Origin: a virus
Lineage: Duplodnaviria > Caudoviricetes
IMG/VR virus record: IMGVR_UViG_3300021963_000022
Reading direction: 5' to 3' (one strand)
DNA length: 64,000 nt
Each line of letters starts with the position of its first letter. The stretch's first letter is position 1. Both the position numbers and the translations under genes were made by a program. The notes under the pieces were generated by a model. The model was not told where the DNA came from. It was given only the letters and a program-made list of their open reading frames with translations, and did not search any database. Below are positions 34,301 through 40,867 of the stretch, piece after piece.

Positions 34301-35412
34301 TAGTAAGCAAGTATGTGCGCGGTGGATATGCATGGAAAGACTCACAAGTGTTTACGGTTACACAGCCGTTGTTTACTGAGGAAGATAACAATAGAGTTTG
34401 GGTAGCTATAAACGGTGAACGTTTAAGCCCAAGTAGCTTACGTTATATAACCGGCAATGGGTTAAATTTATTGACACCTATTATATCAACAGACGTTATT
34501 ACTGTTACTAGTATGATACCTAGTGCAACACCAAATGAATTGGTATATAATCTTACAGTTGATAAGAATGCAGACACTGCAGTCTATCGTAGTAATAATA
34601 ATACTTCTACGTGGTTAACACAAGACCTACTAATAACGGATGATACTATCTATGTTAATGATGCATCACGTATGGTTGATACTTTAGTACAAACTATTCA
34701 AGTACTTAACAATGGTACTAGCTTAGTAGCTCCGGTACAAGCAGATTACGCTACAGTGCGTGAAGTCACAGTTTATAATCAAAATACATTGTCACAATTA
34801 AATCCTAGTTCATATGCATTAGTAATTATTAATACTGCTACGGTAATAGAATTTAATAGTGAAGTGTCATTAGGTGATAGAGTAATTGTAACATTGCGTG
34901 TGGGTGAAATTTTAGTAATCAATAGTGAACGAATTAGATTCAATCTAATTGACTACACAAATAATACAATATCAGGTTTGACACGTGGAATTCAGGGCAC
35001 AGGTGCTCAGAATGTACATTCTACTTATTCACAAGTATTCAGTTTGATTCCTACTAATGAATTGTTTAAACCTTACTATTATCAGGTATGGGATGATATT
35101 GTGTTCCAAGATATAACAACTACTGTTACCAGTACGACACCTGGTGAATTTAAGTTCTTAATAGCTACTACACCTGATATTGTAAATGTAAAAGCCGGTG
35201 CTTCTATTGTTTTTGGAACTGACCCAACCGCATTTGACATAGCAACTAGCATTAAGGATCCTAACTATCCTACATTATGGATAATAAGAACTACCGGATC
35301 TCCTGCAGTAGTTCCCGGAGATGACGCTGTGATAACATATGTATATTCGGGTAATCCGTTGCAATTAAGCACAACAGATCCTGCAAGATTCTTAAAATCC
35401 GGTAATATTTAA
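19309..35412 (+). CDS. Giant (5367 aa) virion structural protein, baseplate wedge/fibre scaffold (gp7-position)
   Basis: Uninterrupted ORF after gp6; RTINFLPDIFKT start, FG-GAP-like propeller segments, BNR/WD-like S-x-DG-x-x-W repeats, W-x4-Y-x2-G carbohydrate-binding-like motifs. Confidence 0.75.
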   Translation: MVSRVRTINFLPDIFKTKANEQFLSATLDQLVSQPNTMKVQGYIGSKFGYGINAKDGYVVEPTKVRTDYQLEPSVVFLKKNTATAVDLLTYPGLIDALKLEGGITDQHDNLFSNQFYSWDSFTDLDKLINYNQYYWLPLGPELVTVSTNDVYSQTEFTVVPNGNYINFSADNLIVPGNNPTISLLRGGTYQFVVNQSSQFWIQGTPGLKGTDPVHTNIGTRNIYGLTNNGTSSGVMTFQVPFQSDQSYAFYPSTQSVDLLTTKSWDEINGMRVRDLGNIDGVVSLDGRTIVFYGNSPTAQGYIGEFYDEFSFDEDNPVVKPYEDGYYTDLNKNIYRISYVGDPDDPVIRVTEHATIVQLDRIKVLYGDEFAFNEVYTDALANMYIVPYLSALADTLYYQDGSNVDRVGVIKIIDAISNNQLNVNTQILGKKTFTSPNGVQFTNGLKVTFAGNIYPESYFGNEYYVEGVGTAITLLPVTNFIVPEPAGQAYYNPYSVSPYDTEAYDSASNVPLAKDYITISRNSYDRNAWSRSNRWFHVDVLRATAQYRGNEAPVVLEALNNSNFRAKRPIIEFYPNLKLYNQGSVSKGSVDFVDSVVTDPFGYDGSTPICSGATTFYPNSGTSAIPGGVKIVFTAAEDINVRNKVYLVTYSNITGSPTATPVITLTVAADGDVSANDQVVVTAGDYIGQTYHFNGTDWISGQFKERVNQAPLFDVFSSSGISFSDQEYYLGSSFRGCTLFEYALGTGSDDPQLGFPLKYSSLTNIGDITFNVTLNNQTFTYVEGSTPQSLSVDTGYVYKYIPTTATYARQLGWQTTVGESFQYQVFELIYNSGIPKFVCDVPYKDPESTPWPVTQVYVNNERLAPTAYTRTVDSQNSTIITLNTAPLPGAPVQVLIYSDIPSSVGYYEIPTNLQNNPFNTPVSNANLGDIRGHYKSICNNITTLVGAPFGANNYRDLGNLVPYGTRITQSSASLVPAAAFLRNQDFSIFNALTFNNNEYIKFKALLTDTINRTEYNRTYSDAYILDDALAQIAGTKDNSSAFFWSDMVPNGNKSASNSYTFVNFIKQSEFPLTRIYDFATANYYSVLLYVTRTTNGEVHTTQLLRGVDYDISTDAPKVIVYFDLLPNDVITIDEYSQTYGSFVPNTPSKMGLYPVSTPQVIYDTTYVTPTYFIKGHDGSLTKLYGEYTDGYLSDYRDRAYLEFEKRIFNNIKTSNVIPLTLPDIMPGEFRTTDYTYEEFQQIYSYGFLNWVGKNRIDYKTQYFDITNQYTYNYSQSINKSDYTPLKQGNWRGIYLWFYDTATPQSTPWEMLGFSEKPTWWETRYGVAPYTSDNLVLWNDLADGYVWNNGASYTIENRKRPGLLDVLPVDSSGNLVSPAISVVNAYDTNSINKNWKVGDVGPAEYGYLKSSSWPFDLMRMFALMKPAKFFALCIDVDSYEYNAEFNQYLENARLRSPLNDLPVYGNGTAVNSYVNWIVDYIQQLGMSGHDKVSDLVNNLDVRLAYRVAGFSDKDMLKFYVEKGSPNSKNNSLLIPDESYGVLLYNNQPFTKVVYSSVIIQKTINGYKVYGNSQNTAFFKTLVPKMNGNYDKYVVADVTIYVSKEYTDKTLIVPYGTEFYSVQALSEFLINYGRYLENDGMIFNNIENGIVENWEQMVAEAIYWTQSGWEAGSTVNVNPAATNLKINKESGIVQPLTFHQQNYVLNQNLIPIQVKDMSLIRNGTEFELNVLQNTDTFSYMTANISNYEHCIVFDNVTLFNDVIYNLVTGLRQERVLVKGVKSAEWNGQVDAQGFILNQDNIQEWQENIKYTKGVIVLYKNSYYTSTKIVQPSSTFNETEWVKTDYDSIQKGLLPNPSTRSYESLLYYDIHNTNLENDADLLSFSLIGYRPRDYLAVANLDDVTQVNVFINMIESMGTLGGANQLKNITVPQGQLGYDIYENWAIKTGEFGGVLNQNFIEFKLAENELTGNPGIIGVTNGIEVVEGVEQSVPLYSLTNYGRVLNNIAVLPTVDDISVKSLPDAGYVNFDDVKIHSYNFNGLYRANQPIEKLYNGDYIWLADYKGNWNVYTPVPLSTLTKQGIVLISVENNLTGTATLTFNKAHGLSKNDLIGVINFNEDIDGYYNVDKIISETSISITVTLQGATLKLRGSGVVFKLVTHRVDTPSDTTSLPILGQEFEKFKVWADQNSDGNWAVYERDDRYKYEDFNKPFFTTNFGSSAVYVPELGYLIGDTGEGKVYLYTYNPIAKQYLNTLEIDEGSNFGSSMETAGNTVVVAKTTSASSDIYVYSVVTEYGINQIIGQQVISLGGYCGYSMALSGDTDWLYISDNTNNKVYIYQLDADYTRTNTTYPLDGNVTAGSNTFVVNGNRTSTFVSGTKVSFSSADYSPVYTIISSKWDIVLNKTTITLGKEIQTNIITATATYIATTNYTSCGYIDLPDSSADDNFGSQVTTNHDGSMVFINSPNREYDGEYETWAPSTTYTAGTVLLNSGTYYKVLADAPGALTFSLIASYVSELKDIGYVYAFERLTQTYEQQYNALPLVPTLFTTIWSSSTLHPTPFLYLNGVKLIDGADYAIVTDTVTVDTQVNAGDIITVSSSEFVLKQVLSYYDTISDSQNNTEFGYGLDTNKYGNEVLGGSPYIINSDGQEGAVFRFTDGGKKYGMIIGTTNASLSSPTPILINGFEVTVSGTAAEIATTINNTHINNVVAYNSNGILVIGLRDVSLNPIGNKLSITVTDKTILEELGIAPYTKTQRIEEIYSGTRTQFGAAIRCNELSSFVVSAPVTTRRAITRFDYIDDNQNNDTIFDNDFTTFIDGFANAGAVYMYDYLPKYNENINNPGQYVFAQSCNDVTEDYGYEPNYGQALFFGGYRVLIGTPNFDSTAYNGRLVIYKNAENKADWSVHRSSSLVVDIDKLQGVQLYNNLDNTTLTSLDYIDPLQGKLLGAVRENIDVVSSSDPAGYNINNVSTNVVWGAGHVGTIWLDVSGMRFVNYHQNDVVYNSEYWGKVFTGSDVAVYSWIESTETPAFYTGTGTPYDLEKYASTVILDSAGNLIAKYYYWVRDTGIVFTKKGKTLADVILETYIEDPQGSGISYFAPYTPNVFGLYNAREYLNTTNTSIHIGFSTGTNDDVAHNEYQLIREGYAGDFLNGIPSAANSYSEPTSLYNRLLDSMAGLDEAGLLVPNPYLPKLLQRGISSRPSQSFFVDRFTALKNYLTYANEVMASFPIVESKSPTFLTKVGAVNPSNDLPFYDTSNVWEYVDWWAVGYDNNTKTAFDVPKYYNLAELNPVEGLLVGVETNSDGKREVYIYQNSTWNRIGLQDGTIQFKSILWDYGSNRLGFGNFFDTTPFDSFPSQETRNVIRALNEEIYTDDLLINRNVSLILLLKYIESENIESQNYLPWLNKTSFIDVAHTIRELREYEKFQRDNVDFLSGYINEVKPYHVVIKDFYLKYSGVNVYQGDITDFDLPSMYNKDNEQFITPTLKFDSTTGDAEFLPTASIWDTPEYASWYQNYGLVITGQLNTYVGKIKRQLTTVSNTILIGNTFGFPVQGLIRIDDELITYTGVNRELGILTGASRGYNGTTVSSHDYNSSVYMDIPGVVVYDTARGYVDPPIINAVIDTSIYPAPRVPARFRAVMQVDKVIGVDVLNPGEGYVVTPRLEFQSSMSIDFTNFDINYIDSTITIQSTAFVTGDCLEYSTSNFNVTGLTEHSHYYIRILTSNVIESIIALYYTKNDAMVNSNRVILFDSGNTVNAKLSMTPRAEVIMGRSGVRSIKPILKFDRTSYRPLVEEWVPGNFYGSGLNILNSSSSEMLAIAQPYEDMPKVNRGVTNAALFVVQNVLMGSYFDVTEITEPGLGYSVGDTIVVPGTDMDSTWASPGNDCTITVATVDIAGAITSVTVAGSPGLVTRSSLQGALFPILGVTSVGGQANVTLDFSISGLDSSKLKNLNLYFYNTLPPYTYDDSAAGGAVIKVYRPKFTPSKVLNEYVITIINNGAIYNAGQKITILGSVLGGVNVVNDATITITSVTSLNAIQTAFVSGVAVGGFRSYYVTPISSTTIKIFNDINMTIPTPVASFPYTVGDQGFVNDPALATSSSSYNYTNYVVYKDKIFKCVQDTNSRTFLYDQWEEVDSNLELFNALDRIVGYYQPTSDMPGKNLQGLVKGITYTNNTYYGNQFAPEDQYPLDINLKGQYFYPAYVDIRSITYDGTQYVAVGENDSNSVVLKSTNGTTWSIAIISEQPLDVRDIVYDSTAGAYVITSYNSTTPVLISFDAITWASSGPFTPYDIGGYDDDPFDRTSINLSNMQMVGDTYGNGLYVSVGNRYIITSDNGISWEKRFDFGDTTRTLNAVSYANLTAFDGFVAVGGHTSTSTGSGTITYGDIVISYDGVNWTYLTPPLTGYKLYGVAADSTYIVAVGESGVTYYTTNGSNWVTGQVLSSADFYDLVYANGLFVAVGEGGEIYTSTDGQVWTSSTSGVTDNLKGVYYNGTQYVAVGDNSTILFSSDAITWTKVGLLQQNAPFYDVQGSSFDYGYAPEEMVAGVVSDNLSMYVKSRPSGSWDYQTYQHTGFSMVSRVASPDVNNTVSFDGLVDIPATVSVFVVDPITLIGNRIYESTSVTNINYTYTVDWTNKTITLDNALTSNETILIEVYEVGGGSQLAKDSTDNVPLRINNINGFSEIHLGYKYDSQIYFTPICFLNGVKLTYISDFYLDTTSQGTTKISFNDTYVQGVDYITYTIFGNTVSTGQPEQYGFSIPETQVIVADGTATSWALDNFVYYISPLDTASQLSVNDTAIVEINGIRKTTPADLTYNITPNISAIISVSAANAFSFVIATYPDIDKVVAGSNITFGSDPTLYPITASNVDPGDSSLWTLTTTGAPSVLPGTGVVVSAIIVFDTAPSADDIVAVTTFNDTRQQALVLDTDTNFEVNQIYYINNSITPVQLVLANPIGSGAWANGTMIRIDGIEGSVQLNNNIFYVKQNTTNTYALFLDPATTTPLQSKLVSKYVRGGYAWKDSQVFTVTQPLFTEEDNNRVWVAINGERLSPSSLRYITGNGLNLLTPIISTDVITVTSMIPSATPNELVYNLTVDKNADTAVYRSNNNTSTWLTQDLLITDDTIYVNDASRMVDTLVQTIQVLNNGTSLVAPVQADYATVREVTVYNQNTLSQLNPSSYALVIINTATVIEFNSEVSLGDRVIVTLRVGEILVINSERIRFNLIDYTNNTISGLTRGIQGTGAQNVHSTYSQVFSLIPTNELFKPYYYQVWDDIVFQDITTTVTSTTPGEFKFLIATTPDIVNVKAGASIVFGTDPTAFDIATSIKDPNYPTLWIIRTTGSPAVVPGDDAVITYVYSGNPLQLSTTDPARFLKSGNI

Positions 35413-35429
35413 AAGATAAATATATTATT

Positions 35430-35582
35430 ATGAATAACGATAAAACCGAAAATGTTGTTGAAGAAAAGGCTGAAATAGGGCCCAAACCTGATGAAACAGG
35501 TGGGTTTTACTTTAGCACCTTTATAAAGATAACCGACCCGGACACTAACGAAGTTTTACTTCAAGCACGAGGCGATAACTAA
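35430..35582 (+). CDS. Small hypothetical protein (50 aa), not in ORF track
   Basis: MNNDKTENVVEEKAEIGPKPDETGGFYFSTFIKITDPDTNEVLLQARGDN; follows GATAAATA; TAATG overlap with the next gene. Confidence 0.7.
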   Translation: MNNDKTENVVEEKAEIGPKPDETGGFYFSTFIKITDPDTNEVLLQARGDN

Positions 35583-36202
35583 TGTCAAATATAATGATTC
35601 CAATGAAAATTGAGGGCTTTTTAAAAGTCTATGACCCCAACAGTAATGAGGTATTTGTAGACAAAAAGAATGCGATACACTATGAAAACATTAGTGAAGC
35701 TATTGCTTACACGTTGAGCAGTAGAGGTTTTGGTCAGATTTACAAGATGGCGTTCGGTAATGGTGGTGCAAGCGTAGATGAAACTGGTATTATTACATAC
35801 CTACCTCCTAATACAACTGGACAAAATGCCGCACTATATAATCAAACATACGCAAAAATAGTTGATGATACAAATGTTTTAAACACGGATCCTACAAGAA
35901 ATAAGATGACAGTAAGTCACGTGTCGGGAAAAGTATACTCAGATATCATAGTTCAATGTTTATTGGATTACGGTGAGCCTCCTGGTCAAAGCGCATTTGA
36001 CAATGGAAACCAATTAGAAAGTAGCTATACATTCGATGAAATCGGGTTATTAGCAGATTACGGTCGAGACAATACGGGAAATGAGCTAACTAAGTTACTT
36101 ACTCACGTAATATTTCACCCCGTACAAAAGAGTCTGAATAGACAAATTCAGATAGATTATACGATCAGAATCCAGAGCTTAACAAACCTGGTCACAATTT
36201 AA
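35582..36202 (+). CDS. Conserved virion/baseplate protein
   Basis: KNAIHYEN, FDEIGL, LLTHVIFHPVQKSLNRQIQIDYTIRIQ motifs. Confidence 0.6.
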   Translation: MSNIMIPMKIEGFLKVYDPNSNEVFVDKKNAIHYENISEAIAYTLSSRGFGQIYKMAFGNGGASVDETGIITYLPPNTTGQNAALYNQTYAKIVDDTNVLNTDPTRNKMTVSHVSGKVYSDIIVQCLLDYGEPPGQSAFDNGNQLESSYTFDEIGLLADYGRDNTGNELTKLLTHVIFHPVQKSLNRQIQIDYTIRIQSLTNLVTI

Positions 36203-36233
36203 GATAAATACTTGCAATAGTCGGAGCAAATAA

Positions 36234-37466
36234 ATGGCATATACAATCATACGAAGCGATGGTAGCACACTAACAACAATAGCTGATGGTACCATAAACA
36301 CCAGTAGTAGTTCTATCGGTTTACCGGGCAGGAACTTCTCAGGTTACGGACAAACATTAGATACTAATATGGTTAGAATAGTGGAAAACTTTGCGGCAAA
36401 CACACCGCCATCAAACCCTATTCGAGGTCAACTATGGTACGATATTACTGGTACAGGGACATTAAAAGTTTGTCCAGCTGACGGTACAACAAATTCAGCG
36501 GCATGGTATACTCTTACTACTACTAGTTCAGGTGGTAATGCTACTTTTGCTAACTTAACAGTTACTGGTAATGTGATTGCTAATAATGCCAGTATAGCAG
36601 GTAATATTATAGGTGATACGATAACTGTACGTTTAGCAACGGTATCCGACACTTTATCAGCGGGCACAGCAGGAATCACAACTGCTACTATGGGTACTGC
36701 AGTTACTGGTTTAATAACAACATCAGCTAACTTAACATCGGCTCCGAGTACAGCAGGTTCTATGTATGGTAGATGGACAGTGTACGGCAATTCTACTGGT
36801 AATGCAATGTTCGTTTCTACCGGTAATATTACATTTTCACCTAGTAGTGTTAACGGTATCAAGTGTGATAACTATATGTACGCAAACGGTGTATCTTTTA
36901 ACCCATCAGGCTCATATACCAACTCTAACGTGTTTGACTATTTAACCGGTGCAAATGCCGTAACGCAGTTTACTGGAAACATCGCACCAACTAAAGTTAC
37001 TACTACTGCAATTGCAGGTGGCGGTACAGTTACTGGTACATGGACATTAGGCTCAGGCGCTCGTTGGCAAGCAACATTCGCTGACTTGGCAGAACGTTTT
37101 GAAGCTGATGCAGTTTATGCTCCAGGCACAGTCGTTGAGATTGGTGGAGAAAAAGAAATCACTGCAGTATCTTCTGATTTAAGTGAAGATGTATTCGGTG
37201 TTGTATCTAATACAGCGGCATACTTGATGAATCAAGGTGCAGGAAATGATGAAACTCACCCTCCTATCGCATTGAGTGGACGTGTTACTGTAAATGTGAC
37301 AGGTGTAGTTAAGAAGGGTGATAGATTGGTAAGTGCCGGTAAAGGTCTTGCTAGAGCAGGTAATAAGAGTGAATTAACCGCATTCAATGTAATTGGTCGT
37401 TCACTTACGACTAAAAATGATGAAGGTGTAGGAACAGTATTAGCTGTAGTGAACATAAGGGTATAA
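36234..37466 (+). CDS. Short tail fibre-like protein with C-terminal intramolecular chaperone-like domain
   Basis: LPGRNFSGYG...ENFA...PSNPIRGQLWYD anchor; C-terminal ADLAERF...GVVS...IALSGRV...KGDRLV. Confidence 0.7.
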   Translation: MAYTIIRSDGSTLTTIADGTINTSSSSIGLPGRNFSGYGQTLDTNMVRIVENFAANTPPSNPIRGQLWYDITGTGTLKVCPADGTTNSAAWYTLTTTSSGGNATFANLTVTGNVIANNASIAGNIIGDTITVRLATVSDTLSAGTAGITTATMGTAVTGLITTSANLTSAPSTAGSMYGRWTVYGNSTGNAMFVSTGNITFSPSSVNGIKCDNYMYANGVSFNPSGSYTNSNVFDYLTGANAVTQFTGNIAPTKVTTTAIAGGGTVTGTWTLGSGARWQATFADLAERFEADAVYAPGTVVEIGGEKEITAVSSDLSEDVFGVVSNTAAYLMNQGAGNDETHPPIALSGRVTVNVTGVVKKGDRLVSAGKGLARAGNKSELTAFNVIGRSLTTKNDEGVGTVLAVVNIRV

Positions 37467-37467
37467 C

Positions 37468-38421
37468 ATGGCTTTTAGTGCAAACGGTTTAATAGACGCA
37501 GCATCCTTTAATAATTTAGCAACTAACTCATCTTCGGGAGCTAGTGTTAATAGTCTGTATAACACTGGTACAGGGATGTATGGTTACGGGCAACTTAGCC
37601 CGATAGCTAATGTTGCACTAGGAGACATAGTAACTAGTTCACAATGGACTAGCTTAAATACTAGAATTACTGCGATGGGAAACCATCAAGGTACTGGATT
37701 AGGACTTCTTCCTAGCACTGCAGTGAATAGTCTTATTACATACGATGCAGATTATCCTAACAATATTGCATTATTAAAAACTAGGGCGTTATATGCCGTT
37801 GCACAAGGGACTACTTCTTCTGTAACAACTCAATGTACTTCTACTTGGAGTAATTCTTGTACATTTACTCAAACAATAACGTTCTCTTCAGGTGATGCCG
37901 CTAGATACTTTTTTAATAGTGGCGGACAACTTAAATTTACATTCTCATCACCTATAGGTCCTAGTTATACAGTTAATTACGTGATGAATAAGTTAGCAGA
38001 AGATGCGGGTACACTTGTATTAAGTGCACCAAGTAGCGGCAAGACTGTTATTGCAATTACTGACTATAACGGAATAACACAAAAGAATTCTCAAGCCCCT
38101 CCGGTTATATTAGATGCTAATAAAGGTTATTACGGTTTAACCACATCATACTCTACTGTATTCAAGCAATTAGCAAGATTTGGTATTGTTACATATACAG
38201 GTTCATTTATTAAAGTTGATATGAAAACAAACGGTCCTGTAGGTTCAAATCAGGACAACGGTAATATAATCACTGTAACAATTCTATGGGATGAAGTTCC
38301 TAATGGATTAACGGTAAATGCAGGAACTTCCGTAACTTGCATTGTTGTACCACCGTCTACTACTTACTTAAATAACGTTTGGGGAACACCTACAGTTACT
38401 GGAAGTTTTGTAGCGGTATAA
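37468..38421 (+). CDS. Fibre/baseplate-associated structural protein, paralogue of 38723-39721
   Basis: GYGQ and TFSSGDAARYFFNSGGQL motifs shared with 38723. Confidence 0.6.
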   Translation: MAFSANGLIDAASFNNLATNSSSGASVNSLYNTGTGMYGYGQLSPIANVALGDIVTSSQWTSLNTRITAMGNHQGTGLGLLPSTAVNSLITYDADYPNNIALLKTRALYAVAQGTTSSVTTQCTSTWSNSCTFTQTITFSSGDAARYFFNSGGQLKFTFSSPIGPSYTVNYVMNKLAEDAGTLVLSAPSSGKTVIAITDYNGITQKNSQAPPVILDANKGYYGLTTSYSTVFKQLARFGIVTYTGSFIKVDMKTNGPVGSNQDNGNIITVTILWDEVPNGLTVNAGTSVTCIVVPPSTTYLNNVWGTPTVTGSFVAV

Positions 38422-38422
38422 T

Positions 38423-38722
38423 ATGCAACAGGTTGAATTTAGACTTTATTACGATGATAACGGTAGTGTGTTGTTTTACACATGTGAAAAGCCTGAGGGA
38501 AAATACATTGTAATTGATAGTTTGGTATATGCGGCATGTAGAATGGATATAAAAATTGTCGATGGTAATATTGTAAAAAAATCTCAAGCAGTTTTTTCAC
38601 AACTAGTTCAGACTATAGATGGTATTGCATGTACTAAAGAAGATATATCTATACTAGTATCTGATGATTATTCTAATATCAATAACTGGGATATACAAAT
38701 ACGTACTGTTAAGGGGGCATAA
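38423..38722 (+). CDS. Small hypothetical protein, paralogue of the N-terminus of 41647-42912
   Basis: FRLYYDDNG...GKYIVID...KIVDG...CTKEDISI. Confidence 0.65.
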   Translation: MQQVEFRLYYDDNGSVLFYTCEKPEGKYIVIDSLVYAACRMDIKIVDGNIVKKSQAVFSQLVQTIDGIACTKEDISILVSDDYSNINNWDIQIRTVKGA

Positions 38723-39721
38723 ATGGCTTACGAACAATCTGGTAAAATTGAAGCCGTCGATGTTGTAAATCAGTTAATAGGACCCGTACCTACAGCCCAA
38801 AGACTTAACACATTATGGGGTTACGGATTTGGAAACAGAGGGTACGGACAGTCACCATTATTACCAAACGTTAACGTAGGTGATCCGGTACTTGCATCAG
38901 ATTGGAATGGGATGAAAAATTTAACTAATACGATAGCCCAACATCAGGCTACTCTTTTAAGTTACAGTGTCCCTAAGGATACGTTTGCTCCTGGCATTAA
39001 CATATTATATAACCAAGGTCTTACTAAAACTTATATTGATAAAATAGACACAAATAGAATGTCTAGTGCGGTTCAAGGTAATTATTCTGTATATACAGTA
39101 GAAAATGCTTTTTCATGGACTAACAAGTTAACATATACAATGACTGCAACGTTTCCGACTGGTGACTCAGCTAGATTCTTTTTTAATTGCGGTGGCCAAC
39201 TAGCAGTCAGAACTTGGCAACCCGGATATCAGTCAGGAGTTCCGACACGATTGATGATTTCTAGATTGGCACAGGAAGCAGGCACTATATATTGGTCTGC
39301 TATGGCTGGCGGCTCTACTAAAACTAAAATAGCAGGTGTGGAATTTGCCGCTACTACTAAAATAGGCGGTTCAGGTACTCCTGGGTCTATTTCAGGATCA
39401 CAAGATTACTTTCAACCAACTACTTATACCTCTACCCCTGTCAGTATTTTTAAACAAACGGTAAGTAATGGGGTTCCTGGATACGATGCTTCTTTTATTG
39501 AAGTGTTGGTAAATACTAGCGGAGATAAAGGATCCTATGGAGCTAATGGTAATGTTATTACTTTGAAACTAGTAGTAGATGTGGCTCCTTATAGTACTTC
39601 AATAGCAGCCGGCGGTATTGGATACCTCTATGTCATCCCTCCGATCGTCAGTTCACAATCATACTTGACCCAAGAATCTTGGGGAATACCTTCAGTGGTT
39701 ATGTCTGTAACAGCACAGTAA
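38723..39721 (+). CDS. Fibre/baseplate-associated structural protein, paralogue of 37468-38421
   Basis: GYGQ and TFPTGDSARFFFNCGGQL motifs. Confidence 0.6.
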   Translation: MAYEQSGKIEAVDVVNQLIGPVPTAQRLNTLWGYGFGNRGYGQSPLLPNVNVGDPVLASDWNGMKNLTNTIAQHQATLLSYSVPKDTFAPGINILYNQGLTKTYIDKIDTNRMSSAVQGNYSVYTVENAFSWTNKLTYTMTATFPTGDSARFFFNCGGQLAVRTWQPGYQSGVPTRLMISRLAQEAGTIYWSAMAGGSTKTKIAGVEFAATTKIGGSGTPGSISGSQDYFQPTTYTSTPVSIFKQTVSNGVPGYDASFIEVLVNTSGDKGSYGANGNVITLKLVVDVAPYSTSIAAGGIGYLYVIPPIVSSQSYLTQESWGIPSVVMSVTAQ

Positions 39722-39773
39722 TTAAATTTAATTAGGTAACTGTACTACTATCTAAATACTTTTAGGAGTATGT

Positions 39774-40079
39774 ATGGACACCAAACAATTATTGACTGAA
39801 GTTAAAGCACGGTTTAATCACAACTTAGCTAAAGAATATCTCAAAGACAAATACGAAAGCAAACTAATATTTGCTGAACAAGGTGGGTTGTGGAAAGCAT
39901 CTACTGACCTGTTAACTTTTCTAAATTCTTCAACAGATGAAACACTTATACTACTTGATAGTTACCAAAATCCAGTAAAAGTTACACGCATCACCATATT
40001 AGCCAAAACTAAAGAAGTATATAATACTGTTATGTTTGATTGGTTAGCTGAATGGAAACAATTAGAAAGTAAAAGATGA
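39774..40079 (+). CDS. Hypothetical protein
   Basis: CTAAATA late motif and AGGAG RBS upstream; ATGA overlap with the next gene. Confidence 0.65.
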   Translation: MDTKQLLTEVKARFNHNLAKEYLKDKYESKLIFAEQGGLWKASTDLLTFLNSSTDETLILLDSYQNPVKVTRITILAKTKEVYNTVMFDWLAEWKQLESKR

Positions 40080-40867
40080 AGGGAGCTGTGTTATTTGCTT
40101 TCAACAATGAAACTACTGATTACGTTGAAATGGCAATCTTTACGGCTAAACGAGTTAATAGGTTCTTGAACTTACCGGTAACGTTAATAACTGATAGCAC
40201 CACTGACTTAACCAAATATGATTACACATTTGATAAAATAGTACACGTTGAAAGTGTTAGAGATAATAAACGAAACCATAGTACTTGGGTGAACAAAGGT
40301 AGATATCAAGCATTTGAACTTAGTCCATATGATGAGACATTAGTATTGGATGTTGACTACGTAGTCAACAGTGATCGTTTACTAAAAACGTTTGACATAT
40401 ATGATAACTTTATGTGTCATAAAGAAATTAACTTTCTGATGGCACCTAGTGACACACAAGAAAGAGTGGGCTACTCGGGAATAGATAGTGTGTGGGCAAC
40501 CACACTCACCTTTAATAAATCCAAATATGCAGAGCACATTTTTAATTGTGTAAAAATGGTACAAGATAACTACCAACACTATGTTCAATTGCACGGTATT
40601 ACTTTACCTTACTATAGAAATGATTATGCGTTTGCGATTGCATTACGTATTGTAAATGGGCACATAGATAACCAAAGATCATTCATGCCATGGAAGTTAT
40701 TACATGTTGGTCCTGGAACGCACGTGTACAAAGAATCAGATACTGAATACACCTTATTGCATGATACAATGAAGAATAACAAACTGAAGAAAGAATATAT
40801 TACAATCAAAGACTTAGACTTTCATATGCTAAACAAAAACAACTTTGCGGAGATTATTCATGAATAA
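40076..40867 (+). CDS. GT-A fold glycosyltransferase-like protein (GT8-like)
   Basis: SPYDETLVLDVDY (DxD), YRNDYAFAIA. Confidence 0.6.
   Translation: MKGAVLFAFNNETTDYVEMAIFTAKRVNRFLNLPVTLITDSTTDLTKYDYTFDKIVHVESVRDNKRNHSTWVNKGRYQAFELSPYDETLVLDVDYVVNSDRLLKTFDIYDNFMCHKEINFLMAPSDTQERVGYSGIDSVWATTLTFNKSKYAEHIFNCVKMVQDNYQHYVQLHGITLPYYRNDYAFAIALRIVNGHIDNQRSFMPWKLLHVGPGTHVYKESDTEYTLLHDTMKNNKLKKEYITIKDLDFHMLNKNNFAEIIHE

Noticed and set aside
39719-39734. 16-bp palindrome TAATTAAATTTAATTA
   Set aside because: A/T only in an AT-rich genome; likely chance or a weak terminator.
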